A stretch of DNA of 64,000 nucleotides, taken from positions 85,821,228-85,885,227 of the forward strand of contig NC_052152.1 in assembly GCF_902713615.1 (NCBI RefSeq). Reading direction: 5' to 3'. How positions within the stretch are numbered: position 1 is the stretch's first letter; each line of letters begins with the position of its first letter. Shown piece by piece: positions 1 through 11,689 of this stretch. The notes under the pieces are model-generated. The model searched no databases. It was not told the origin of the DNA and saw only the letters and a list, made by a program, of their open reading frames with translations. The position numbers were made by a program, and so were the translations under genes. This DNA comes from Scyliorhinus canicula (Eukaryota).

Positions 1-234
1 CAGGACTGTTTTGAACTTGGATTTGTCCTCACCTTCAGCAAATGTGAGGGAGTTAAAAATGTGGATGGCGTGGTCCCCAGCTGTAGAGAGGAAGAGAGCA
101 ATTTTTCTGGGATCTGACGCGGCTTCGAGGTTGGTGGCTTCGAGATGCAGCTGAAACTTCTGCTTAAAAATCTTCCAGTTGGCACCGAGATTGCCGGCGA
201 CGCGGAGTGGCGGGGGAGGGCGGACGCTGTCCAT
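1..234 (-). CDS. N-terminus of Gag of a Mag-like Ty3/Gypsy LTR retrotransposon; runs off the window edge
   Basis: My translation from the ATG at 234: MDSVRPPPPLRVAGNLGANWKIFKQKFQLHLEATNLEAASDPRKIALFLSTAGDHAIHIFNSLTFAEGEDKSKFKTVL. This matches the Mag-clade Gag pattern (NW..FKQ.F..., ALFL..AG..A..I.N.L.F). Confidence 0.8.
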   Translation of the reverse strand, partial: MDSVRPPPPLRVAGNLGANWKIFKQKFQLHLEATNLEAASDPRKIALFLSTAGDHAIHIFNSLTFAEGEDKSKFKTVL

Positions 235-301
235 ATTACCAGATGGCTGATCGCCGGTCAAAGGCAGACTATCTCAGGGTAGGTCCGTCAAACTCTAACA
301 T

Positions 302-718
302 CATGCACTGCTACCATGATGTGTTGGGTATGCTGGGTCTGCGAGGACTGCTTTTACCATAGCAGTGAGAGAGACAGGCTTCCAACACTTGTAGAAATGC
401 AACTCTATTTTATTGAAATATGAACTGTTACACATACTTGAACTGTGGGGTGACACTATGCTGAGTTGACTGGAGACCTGAGGCTAACCTGACCAGACTA
501 TCCTGCTGCCACATGGTGGATGTTTGTGTTGCTGCTCACGGGCTCTGGCTGTCTCAGAGATTGCATCCTAAGAGAGCAGGAAAACTAGTGCCCTCTGGCT
601 TTATAGTGGCCGTGTCCTGTCTGGTGATTGGCTGCTGTGTTCTGTCTGTTGATTGGTCATTCAGTGTCAGTCAATGTCTGTCTGTGCACCATCATATACT
701 TTTGTGTATATTATGACA
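302..718 (-). mobile_element. 5' LTR (about 317-718) and PBS (about 302-316) of the Mag-like element at the window start
   Basis: On the minus strand the LTR reads TGTCATAATA...AACACATCA, followed immediately by TGGTAGCAGTGCATG (partial match to the initiator tRNA-Met 3' end), then gag. Confidence 0.65.
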
Positions 719-1139
719 GCCTATTACTGCCACACCTGTCTACTCTCAATCATCGGAAAAATTATGCAAGGTATCGTTACAGTTCTATCAAGTGTAAGGG
801 TCCTTCCTGTGTGTTCCTGTTTATTCCCTTGTTTCCCCTTTGTTTTAATTTTGCTATTACAATTTTGATCATTGGAAGATTAATGGACCTGTGCCTTTAA
901 TCCATGCAGAAGCATGTGCTGGTTTAAACTGGAGTTTGACCAATGACAGATTTAGGCTGTGACTCGGTTTGACTGACTTTCCTGGTGGCCAATGAATTGG
1001 ACCAAATGTCAGTGCTCTGTCCAGAAACAGATGGTGATTGAATATGGTCACAATATGGTCACACTGATATGCTTTTCAGTGTGACCAGGCTTGTGTTTTC
1101 ATTTCACTTTTGGTTCTGAAACCTGGATGGAGGAGTTCT

Positions 1140-1141
<2 letters not shown>

Positions 1142-1194
<53 letters not shown>
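1142..1194. repeat. (CT)n microsatellite
   Basis: Uninterrupted CT dinucleotide run of about 26 units. Confidence 0.97.
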
Positions 1195-1198
<4 letters not shown>

Positions 1199-1919
1199 AT
1201 CTGATTAAATCTCTGGAAACCCAGGGTAAGAGTTCTTCTCTCTCTCTAGCAAGTCGGGGTACGGTTCTCTTGGGACTACAGAGAAATAAAGCCAGACAAC
1301 AAGCTGAAAGCTAGGTTTGATGCAAAATCAAGTGCCTCTACAGGAAGATAGAGGCCTTGATGCAAACCTATGGCTCAAGGTCCAGCTTTATGAGAACTTA
1401 AGGGTCTCCAGAAATTCTGCTGCCTGTGAATAAGATATTTCCTAAAGTACCAGGATTCTGACTGAATGGCTCTACAAAAAAACCATTACCAGCTGAGAAC
1501 AAAAGAACTAATCTCCCAGCATATGGTGAGAAAAGTGCACCATCCGAAGCAAAGACCTTTAACTTTCCTTCATTCTTATTATTTTCTTTCCCCCACCCAC
1601 CCCATCTGTATTTGTATATCTTGTGTGTGTGGGTAGAGAGTGGGACAGTTAAAAGTGGCGTCAAGTATTCGCTCGTTATTAACTAGTTGTTTTATTGCAT
1701 ATTCTACATTTGTTCTGGTTATAAAAAAACAGTAATTATGTTCAAACTTAACCTGGTGACTGTAATTATTGGGCAGCCAAGGGCCAAAGATCTTGTGCAT
1801 TATCATAAGAATTGTTGGATGATTGGTAGTCCATGTCTGTTGTCACTCTGGGGTATGTGGGGCTGGAATTGACTGTGCAATTGCCCAGGGTGCTGTCATA
1901 AAAGTGACACTAATAGAAC

Positions 1920-2830
1920 AATAACCTGCTCACCAGTGCTCAGTTTGTGTCCCATCAGGGTCACTTGATCCTGACCTTATTATAGCCTTGGTCCAAATAT
2001 GGACAAAAAACTGAATTCAATAGTTTAGGTGAGAGTGACTACCCTTGACATTAAGGCAGCATTTGACCGAATGTTGACACCAAGAAGCCCTAGCAAAATC
2101 AAAGCCAATGGGAATGGGGTGGGGGAGGGGGAAACACTTCATTGGTTGGCGTCATACCTGTCACAAAGGGAGAATGGGATGGTTGTTGGAGCCCAATCAT
2201 TTTACTCCCAGGACATTGCTGCAGGGGGTCCTCAGAGTAGGGTCCTTGGCCGAACTGTCTTTAGCTGCTTCTTCAATGACCTTCCTTCTAAGATCAGAAG
2301 TGGGGATGTTGATGCTAATAATTGCACAGTGTTTAATACCATTTGCAACGTCTCTGAAACTAAAGTGGTTTATGCCTACTTGCTGCAGGACTACAGAAAA
2401 TATTCTTGAGCTGCTAAGTGGCAAGTGGCTACACAAGTGCCAGGCAAAGAGCATTTCCAATGAGAGAGAATCTAACCTTTGACATTCAATGGCATTACCA
2501 TTGCTTAATACCCCCACCATCAACATCCTTGGGGTTATCATTGACCAGAAACTGAACTGTGCCAACCATATAAAAACTATGGCTATATACAGCTATTGTC
2601 ACTGGGTTAAAAACCTGGAACCCCTCCCCTAATGGTTCTATGGATGTATCAACACCACAATGGGTCAAAAACCTGGAACCCCCTTCCTAACAGTACTTCC
2701 TGACACAACATGGATTACAGTGCCTCAAGAAAGTGGCTCACCAGCGCCATCTCAAGGGCAGTTAAATGTAGACAATAAATGCTGACCTCGCCAGCAACAC
2801 CTCCAACACAGGAGGAAAATAAAATAAACA
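1920..2830 (+). mobile_element. Decayed CR1/L2-group LINE, RT region and 3' end
   Basis: ORF 2029-2409 has LDIKAAFDR, LHWLASYLSQR and GGPQSRVLG...FFNDLPS non-LTR RT motifs, with frameshifts. Confidence 0.8.
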
Positions 2831-3622
2831 AATTTGACACTAAGCCACATGTAGTGTGACCTGATCGGGCCAGCAGCTCTAGGGGGCACGTTGCCATCCT
2901 GAACAAACCTCGCTGTAAGCCATTTTTATACTGGACGTAAGATGTAGATTGCAAAATACTAGGTATTTTAAAAGACTTTGCATGAAAATCCTCACGGTAC
3001 ATTGATAGCATGTTAGTTTTTAATGTTGTGGAGTTGTTTAATCTGAACTTTAAATTTGAATGCCAAAGTAGAATTACTGTAAATAAACCTGATGTTAGAA
3101 GTAAGAAGTAAGTTTCATTCATTTCCACTAATTCAATCTTGTACTGTCTGAAAATGTCTTTTGTGTCGCACTTGGTGTGGAGGTATTAGACTTGATAGCG
3201 ATTCTCTCCATCTGTTTCATAATAGTACCTGTTAAGGTGTCTGCAGCCAGAACCTCCAGCCTTTAGGCTGCTGACTCATCAAGTGCCACACATGTTGCCC
3301 ATTTTGATCACTTCCTGCATTACTACCTGTGCATGGAGAACCTGATTATGGCTGTAGTGGATATTGATGCTGCCGATATCTCTCGCCTGCTATATTGCAG
3401 TTCTCGGGTAGGAGGATTTGGGTATAGAGATCAGTTTCCCCATGTAAAATAAAACAGTTATGACTGTTATGCGAACCTTGAGTTGCAACAGTGAAGCAGT
3501 GATCTTGGTGATTCGGATATGTCTTTTATTTAATTCAAAATATTTGAATTTGTGTTATTTTGCAAACTGGAGATGGGAGAGCTGGAGCATGTTTGCCTTA
3601 ATTTAGCAGTAGTCACATTTGT

Positions 3623-3925
3623 GGGCAGCACGGTAGCATTGTGGTTAGCACTGTGGCTTCACAGCTCCAGGGTCCCAGGTTCGATTGCCCGCTGGGTCAC
3701 TGTCTGTGTGGAGTCTGCACATCCTCCCCGTGTCTGCGTGGGTTTCTCATGGTGCTCCAGGTCCTCCACAGTCCAAAGATGTGCAGGTTAGGTGGATTGG
3801 CCATGCTAAATTGCCCTTGCTGTCCAAAAAGATTGAGATTGGGTTATTGGGATAGGGTGGAAGTAAGGGCTTAAGTGGATCGGTGCAGACTCGATAGGCC
3901 GAATGGCCTCCTTCTGCACTGTATG
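3623..3925 (+). mobile_element. tRNA-derived SINE (HE1-like)
   Basis: GGGCAGCACGGTAGCA head, B-box GGTTCGATT, conserved core, CR1-like 3' tail GGCCGAATGGCCTCCTTCTGCACTGTA. Confidence 0.9.
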
Positions 3926-5016
3926 CATGTTTTGTGAATGGGAATGCCTCACCGGCCAGCCATGCATGTTGCAGGTACTCGTTTCCGACTGCAGTCAGAA
4001 CCCTGACTCATGATAAAATTCTGGCCTTTTTCTTTCTGACTGGATGTTAAATGAATTCACCCATTTTAATTTATACTTGCTTCTCGGTCCTTATGCTGTT
4101 ACTTCCATCATTATGATTTGTTGAGGAGATACGCAGTTGGTTTTCTGTTCAGCCAGTGCCCAGATGTCCTGTTTTCATGTGACTTTATCAGCTTGTGCCA
4201 AGCAAAAAAGTTTGAAAAGCCTAAACCGGCAATTCGACGGACATCATGAGATGCCCTACTCCAGCAAACAATGTTCCAATATGTTCAATGGCAGTCATTT
4301 ATACAATGGGTAGAATGAGGTAGAAAAGTAATTTTCTGGAACAAACCCACTTCAAAAGCTAATGCAGCAAATGACTGTATGTGCACCATGCCTGTGTGTT
4401 CCCTTTACACAAGTCATCTCGCGCAATTAATTCACCAAGTATGCCTGCAGTCACTGTGATTAACTCTAATGGGGTGATTGCATTGCTGTTTGAATCCTGG
4501 AATATCTTCCGTGTGCTTGGAATGAATGGTTCACTAACACAATCAATCCTTTGGCAGGTAAGGAACGGCAGGAAGATTTAACTTTTATGGATTAGCAGCT
4601 CACCACATGATGGGAGAGGGACAGCAAATAAAACAAGAGCTCTTGGCAAATATTGTAATTTATGGGGAATGGTTCCAATTGACAGTATTTTCACATATAT
4701 TTAGGATTAACATGCATGTTGCTAGATGAGACTATTAAAAGATTTTAATTAAAAAGACATGTATAATGACTCAACTATAATTAAAAAAAATATTTGGATA
4801 GACTTGTAGATACCCATAATATGATTACTGAGGCTTCAAGCCACATTGAATGTATTGATCGTTGTGCCAATTCTCTGAGCTAATTATTTGGAAGTTGTTG
4901 CTTTTCAGTTCTGGTGAAAGACTGATTAAATACATTGAAAAACTGTTCAGATTTGGCACTACAGACAATTAACAAAGAAACACATGGACATGAACTGGAG
5001 TGAGGGGGCGTACCGT

Positions 5017-5385
5017 GGGCAACACGGTAGCATTGTGATTAGCACAATTGCTCCACAGCACCAGGGTCCCAGGTTCGATTCCCGGCTTGGGTCACTATCT
5101 GTGCAGAGTCTGCACGTTCTCCCTGTGGGTGCGTGGGTTTCCTCCGGGTGCTCCGGTTTCCTCCCACAGTCCAAAGATGTGCAGGTTAGGTGGATTGGCC
5201 ATGATAAATTGCCCTTAGTGTCCAAAATTGCCCTGAGTGTTGGTTGGGGTTACTGGGTTATGGGGATAGAGTGGAGGTGGTGACCTTGGGTAGGGTTCTC
5301 TTTCCAAGAGCCGATGCAGACTCGATGGGCCGAATGGCCTCCTTCTGCACTGTAAATTCAATGAATTCTGTTAATTCTATGAATT
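5017..5385 (+). mobile_element. tRNA-derived SINE (HE1-like)
   Basis: Same head, B-box, core and tail as the copy at 3623, with a degenerate (TTCTATGA)n tail. Confidence 0.9.
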
Positions 5386-6500
5386 TACATTGATGACCTC
5401 CACACGTAATATCGCCTCAATTTGTCCAAGTTGGCTAGTCATTAGGAAACTTAGCTAAATATATCACCAGCTAATTAGAGACACATTAATGGCACATAAT
5501 TGAAAGGATTAAAGTATGGCCTACAAATGGATCTAGAATTTCTGGAATGTGATGGGTGTAGTAAGTAAATTGATCTTTTATGAGTTTGAACCTTTTCAAA
5601 ATAATTGCTGACACTTAGAAATAATACTGATTCTGGCTAGTGGAATAGTCCACTCCTGTTAATGCAAAGCTATTTTCTGCTTTCAAAATTGCAATCCCTT
5701 GAAATTCATCCACGTTGAAGGAAATGCCACAAGAAGGGCTTAAGCCCCCATTATTTCAACAACACCAGAACTATGGGTGGGTGTGAGTGGAGGATAATAA
5801 TTTGGAGCAACTTTTACAGGGCTGTTAGTTGGCATTAAAGAAGGAGATTTCTTATGCTTCATGACATGCCTTTTGGGGTCTTGTAACAGGATGCTCAGGC
5901 TTTACTACATAACTTTGGGTGTTTCTTTAGTGATGAAGAGTACCATCTTATGTTAAGCTGGAATACAAAATGCTTTGATGGAAATTGTTACTTAAATGCA
6001 ATCAGTGGATCTGGAATCAACTGCACATCAGGGTGGAAAGGTGAGCTTATATAAATTTGGACATAAAATTACAATTGGTATATTGCAGTTCTCAATGTAA
6101 ACATCACATTTATGGTCTCCTGCTATTTTTTACTTGCTTCATCTATGGAGGAAGACAGCACATTAAACTTTTTTCATGAATTCATGTCAATAAATCATGC
6201 TTTGTATGTGACACTGGAAATCCTGTAGCTTGATCCAAAACTGCTAGCAGACTACATTCCTGTTGCACAATGAACTCTGCGATGAATATAGGAATTTCAG
6301 GTATATTGTATTATATGTAGTTGCTGCAGTAAGGGTTAAAAGCCGGGGTTAGTATGTGACTACTGCAGTCATATTTTTAAAAACACTGGTTTGAAAGGCT
6401 TTTCAGAGACAGAGGTGCAATTAAAGCATTGTAAACGTTGGGCAAATGGAATTTGGTTTATATAAATAGGATTCCTTGGGAAGTAGATAATTAGAGACAT

Positions 6501-7143
6501 TGGGTGGAATTCTCCATTCCTGACGCTAAGTGCCGGCATCAGTGGAGAATCCGTGGATGATTCATGATGGGACAATATGCGAGAACACCTCACCGATTCC
6601 AGTACCGGTGAGGGTCGAGCGCGTTGAAGACCTGTGGACCGTGCGGAAAACAGCCGGAGAATTGTCAGGCCCCGGGCCGCGCATGAGCAGGCCTGACGAG
6701 CAGCTGGAGTCGCACTGGAAAACATGGTGCTGGCTGTGCTGGAACCCTAACCCGCCCATCCTGACCCCACAGTCCACCCCTGGCCACCCTCTACCACTGC
6801 CCCTACCCCTGGCAGCAGCCCCCCAGCCAGCGACACTGATCCCGGACGAGTGTGGCGGCGCTGAACTTGTACGCAGCTGACACGCCAGGTTTTTGACCGC
6901 TGGGACATGTGCCGTCGGGAAATCGGCCCACAAGGGGCAGGGCATCGTGGGTGGGCCGACTGATGATGCACCAAAGGCATTGTGACTGCGTGCTGCGGTT
7001 GACCCGATGATGATGATTTGGAGGGGGCAGATAATCAAGACGCGCCGTCAAACTGCTGCCTGCCCCGAATCCGGCGGCGGAGGCCATTCTCTGCCCAATC
7101 GCCAATCCCAATTTTGCCGTTGGGCTTCGCAGAATCCCTTCCA
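6501..7143. mobile_element. GC-rich non-autonomous TIR element (PIF/Harbinger-type MITE)
   Basis: Ends GGGTGGAATTCTCC ... AGAATCCCTTCC. GC-rich body is similar to the elements at 50146, 52163, 56306 and 60717. Confidence 0.6.
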
Positions 7144-8755
7144 TGGTGTTTAGCTCAGTAAGATTATGTAGTTAATAGGAAGATCCAGTGGTTGAAGCAG
7201 TCAGGTATTGAATTTTCAGTTTTGGAATTCAGTTGTAGATTGGGATGTGGACAGATAAACAGCTTCTCTGAAAACAGTGAGTTTTGATCTGTTTGTGAAT
7301 AGGAGACGGGCAAGAATCTGAAAAGTGGTTCCTGAAGGATATCTCTTTCTCAAAACAGAGTACCCAAGACATCTTTATTAAGCAAGTATTCCTGGGTCTG
7401 CTACCTCTATTTAAAAACAGATTTTGACCTGAGATGGGGTGTTGTTTGAGTGGAGATAAAGATAGCAATTAGGAGTTACTGTTTCATTGCATTATTAAGC
7501 ATTGTTTAACTTCTAATTGTAGCCTACTTTCTTTATGATATTAAAATTAGTAAAACTGTGTTAGTAATAAGTTTGTTGTTATATACCATACCCCTAATTG
7601 TGCGTAGAACCATTCCTGAAGCAAAGAATACTTTCTCACAGTTTAACAAGTTAAGGAAAATATTGGGGTTTATGTCCGGTATCCTAGCAACTGTTGGGGT
7701 CTGATCCAGGATTGTAATAACCCCCTGAAGATGAGATGCAGATTTGCCGCAATGATGGTCAAGCCTGAAGTCTAACATCTAGATGTGCAACATGTGGTCT
7801 TGGGATGAGGCAGTCATGGAGTTTTACAGCACAGAAAGAGCCCCTTCAGCACATTGCATCTGCACTGGCCATCAAGCACCAATCTATTCTAACCCAAGGT
7901 TCCAGAACTTAATCCGTCACCTTGTATGTTATGGGCATCCCCTCACTTAATCATTGTGGAAGTACAGACTGGGAGGGGTCCCAAGAACTTTAAGCCATTG
8001 TCCTGCTTTGAGGAGAGCACCTTTGAAATGGCTCAAAACCATTCAAAAGTTGGGAGAGGGAAAATAGGGATGTTCTACCATCAAACTGTAATCATTCCAC
8101 ATTTATTAGCCTTATTGTTTCACCCATTCAGTGACAAAGCCATACCTCTAAATCAGGTAGATGTTCATGTTGGACAGTCTAATGTGATGCAAGCACCACC
8201 ACAGATAAAGACACGTTGTGCATTTAGTTGATGACTATCATGGGGGACGGATGTGTTAAGCACATTTAACAAGGGAAGAGAAGTTAGTGGACTTATGGAA
8301 AGCAGCTAATACAGTTCCAGTTCCACGTATCCATTGACTACATTGGACTGACAACCCCAGTAGGTCTGCCTTCAAAGGGATTTGTCAAGTCAGAAAAAAA
8401 CAGTTAATTATATCTAATGTTTGGAACCCCCGACAAAGATTGTTGACACCAACATCTTTGCAGCAATGTATAACACAAATTCTCTAAAATTTAGTGTATC
8501 TAAGTGTATAGGTAATGTCACAACCTTCTGCAGGATAGTCTCCAAGGGCAGAGGACCTTCATTCAGTGCGATTAACAATATTATTTTTCTAAGATTTAAC
8601 ATGAGATTAGTTTATTTAATTATGCCCACGTGCGCAAAGATTCAAAATAGCTATGTGCTGAAACCATATTCCAATTGAGTTTGACAAATTATTAGGGATT
8701 TTATTTGACTTGCTGTCTGAGGGAAGGCCATTCAGTTCCAGTGAAATACCGCATG

Positions 8756-9549
8756 GGCATGATTTAACAGGCTCGTTGTGCCCGACCTGGTGGTGGAACG
8801 AGGCTACTGACTCTCGTGTGAAACCTCTCGCAAGATTTGCGACACTCTAACCACCTCACAGGATTTAAAGGAGTCTCACGAGGCATGAGCATGATCCAGA
8901 TTAGCGTAAATAAATGAGCCACATGGCTCACTTAAATATGTGTTCACGGGATTCTCCCAGCGCCCAGGACATAATGGCTGCTCCTGGGAGACGTCGCTAG
9001 GGCGTGATTAGTACTGTTTTTCACAAATGTGGACCATTTATAATGGCACCTGAGGGGGGTCTCCCAGGCCATCGGAGACACGTGGGTGGTCAGGACAGTG
9101 CAGAGTAGTACCCTGGCACCCACGCACCTTGGCAGTGCCAGCCTGCCAGTTCCACATAGGCACCCTGTCAGCACCACCCTGACACTGCCAGGGTGTCTGG
9201 GTGGCACTGCCAGGCTGGCACTGCCAGGGATTGGGCCAGGGGTACCTTATCAGTTGGAGAAGGGTAATGGGGCGCTCCCGGCAGCCTCCGGAGTTGGAGG
9301 TGGTGAGATGGGGGGGGAAGGGAATCAAAATGGGGAGGGGTGGGTAGAGGCCAGGACAGCCAGACAAAATGGTGTTCCAATTTGCGAGGAGCCTTTCCTA
9401 CTGAATCTGCCAGCAGAAAATTACTCTGTGCCGCTTCTGCAGAGAAACTCCCGTGGCCAAAAACAGGTATTTCTTGGCACTGCAGCAGAAACACCCTGCT
9501 AAATGTCCACAAAACCAGACATAGATTTTTCCTGTTTAAACCGCACCCC
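8756..9549. mobile_element. GC-rich MITE-like element
   Basis: Ends GGGCATGATTTAACAGG / CCTGTTTAAACCGCACCC form an imperfect inverted repeat; internal GGCACTGCCA-type repeats. Confidence 0.55.
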
Positions 9550-9906
9550 ATGTCTTTGGCACTTGTTTTACTTTGTTTGAAAAAAATGTATACATTTGCT
9601 GTGATTGTGTCACATTCTTGAAGGTATTCAGTAACTTGTCATAGTGAAACCAGAGGCCACAAAGTTTGGCTCTGTAGTGTTAATTTCTTTGATGTTATAC
9701 GTGTCGTTTGGTGTGCAAAATGGCGCCCACACCTTGTTCACACATTTGTGTTGCCGGCCATGCCAGGTGGTATTTTTGTGATGGCCCGAGTACAGGTGTT
9801 AAGAGAGTGTACTGCAAATATGCAGAATAGGCAGATTGTGACACCATCATGTTGAGTAACTTAAATGCTTCAGGTACTGCTACCTCAACATCACATAGTT
9901 GAACAT

Positions 9907-10829
9907 TGTTGCTAATTTGCAAAGTGTGCGTTACACTTAATTGCTCTGTTTTATAATCTTTGCTCTAGAGTCGCCAGGTATCTTTATGATACCACCACGA
10001 GGTTCAAGTTCAAGTGCTGATCAATTACTCAATACACCAGTTAGTAAGGTTCAAATCAAAACACATTTATTATATACACAGTCAATCGCTACTCATGCAT
10101 AAAATGCTACTCACTAGACTATCTCTAACACTAAAAGGCCAATACTTAGCTTTGGAAACTGGCCCACCAGGTCAGGGGAGCAAATGGCCTTTTGTTCGAT
10201 TCTGAGTCTGCAGGCTTCCAGCTGATATGGACTAATGGTTAGGGGCGCCTATCTTGGAGCGTGCGTTGACTGGACACTTACTTGGTTGGTGCAGCTGCTA
10301 GGCAAGTCTCTCCGAGTTGAGAGTCACGGTCAAGAGTTCTTTGAGAGCTGCCAAGAAGCTGTTAGGCCGGTCTCTCCTCGCTGAGAGCCAAGTGCCAAGA
10401 AGATCAAACTGAACTTGGGGACTCTATTTTATAGTCCCCAGGGGCTTCGCACCCTTGTGGGCAGATCCCGTACCTGGTTCCAATTGATTGGACTATGTTC
10501 CAATCAATTGATTTGATTTCCCCAATACTGGTGCTGTTCCCTGATCGCTGGGTGGTTCCTATATGTCCGTTGGCCTTCCTTTGTCTTGGCTCCCGCTGGC
10601 GCCGAGGAGTCTGGCTTGGCCTCGATTATCTTAAATGTTTCCAATTGTTCCGGGGGATCGCTCATCAATATGTAGATGGTTGTTAGTTTCAGTGCTGTCT
10701 GGGTTTCTGCAAGTTCTAATATTCAGGAGATTTTGTACCTGCTTGTTTTCCTGCGTTTGGCCATTTCTCCCTGCATTCTTAGCAGATCTCCATTTTAAAG
10801 TCGGGAAGTGGCCAACCCAGGTGGCTACA
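9907..10829 (-). repeat. 3' LTR (923 bp)
   Basis: Direct repeat of 18723-19555. On the minus strand: TATAAAA at 10433-10427, AATAAA at 10071-10066 and a CCAAT-containing inverted repeat at about 10481-10510. Confidence 0.95.
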
Positions 10830-10840
10830 CTCCCTCCTTG
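10830..10840 (-). promoter_or_regulatory. Polypurine tract
   Basis: Minus-strand AAGGAGGGAG abuts the TG start of the 3' LTR. Confidence 0.85.
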
Positions 10841-11214
10841 TGATCCCTAACACGAAGCGTGAAGGATCACATAACTGCGTCGTCTTCATTCCCTGACCAA
10901 GAGAGCACTCTTCCTTGGCCTCTACACTGATTATAACTATGCAAGAAAATTTTAACTGACAATTCTAAGTGGCGCTATGTCATAAAAGGGACATGCATTA
11001 CAAAACAAGAACTGGAACCTCTAACTATCCTCAATAAACTACTCTCACTTAAATCATCCAAACATACTAACTTCCTAACAGTACAAAAATAATAGCAGCG
11101 TTCACATTTTCCTCTGGCTTGGCGGTCAAGCACAGAGTTTTACAATCTTACAGTCATGAACGAAACACATTTCTTTATTTACAAATGACGCACAAACAAA
11201 ACGAAAGTTCTTTA

Positions 11215-11689
11215 TTACATCTCAATGGGTTTGGGGGCCTGGTGGAAACCGAAAATAGGAGATCTCATCCTGTATACCGTGGTGCGAGAGCGGTAGGCTC
11301 TCCTTCGCCATTTCATCATGTGAATAGTCTGCACGATGCTGCAGAGTATCGCCAATGCTAGAAGGGATTCAATTACATATGAGAAGGAGTACCATGTTAT
11401 AAACCTATCACACCATGATGGTGTGTTGTTACTTGTCACTGGGCTCTGGGTGCTATTGGGAAGTGAATCATTAATGGCCGGGGGGGGTTGGGGTGAGGGG
11501 GTTCGCGTTCACGCGCAACCGAATACAAATCATAACGATAACGAAAAACACGAAGGATGTCTTCATTGTTGTCTTCTTCTCTTCTCTTCTCTTCCTTTTC
11601 TTCTCTTCTCTCTTCCTGGAGCTTCTGGAATTCTGTGGATCAAGCATAGTTTCTGTTACTATCTTGCTTAATACCTTGTATGTTAGCAT
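11215..11689 (-). pseudogene. Small type-I membrane glycoprotein in the env position (one frameshift in a C8 run)
   Basis: ORFs 11471-11689 and 11215-11439 join by removing one C at about 11480-11487. Product: basic leader, signal peptide MKTSFVFFVIVMICIRLRVNA, short ectodomain with NDS/NST/NNT sequons, TM YVIESLLALAILCSIVQTI, polybasic KWRRRAYRSR tail. Confidence 0.7.

Noticed and set aside
790-1900. Old LTR-like stretches here and at about 6320-7720 and 51190-51985
   Set aside because: Composition suggests degraded solo LTRs, but I could not fix termini or TSDs.
3623-3700. tRNA-like A/B boxes
   Set aside because: SINE heads, not tRNA genes; the same applies to all SINE copies.
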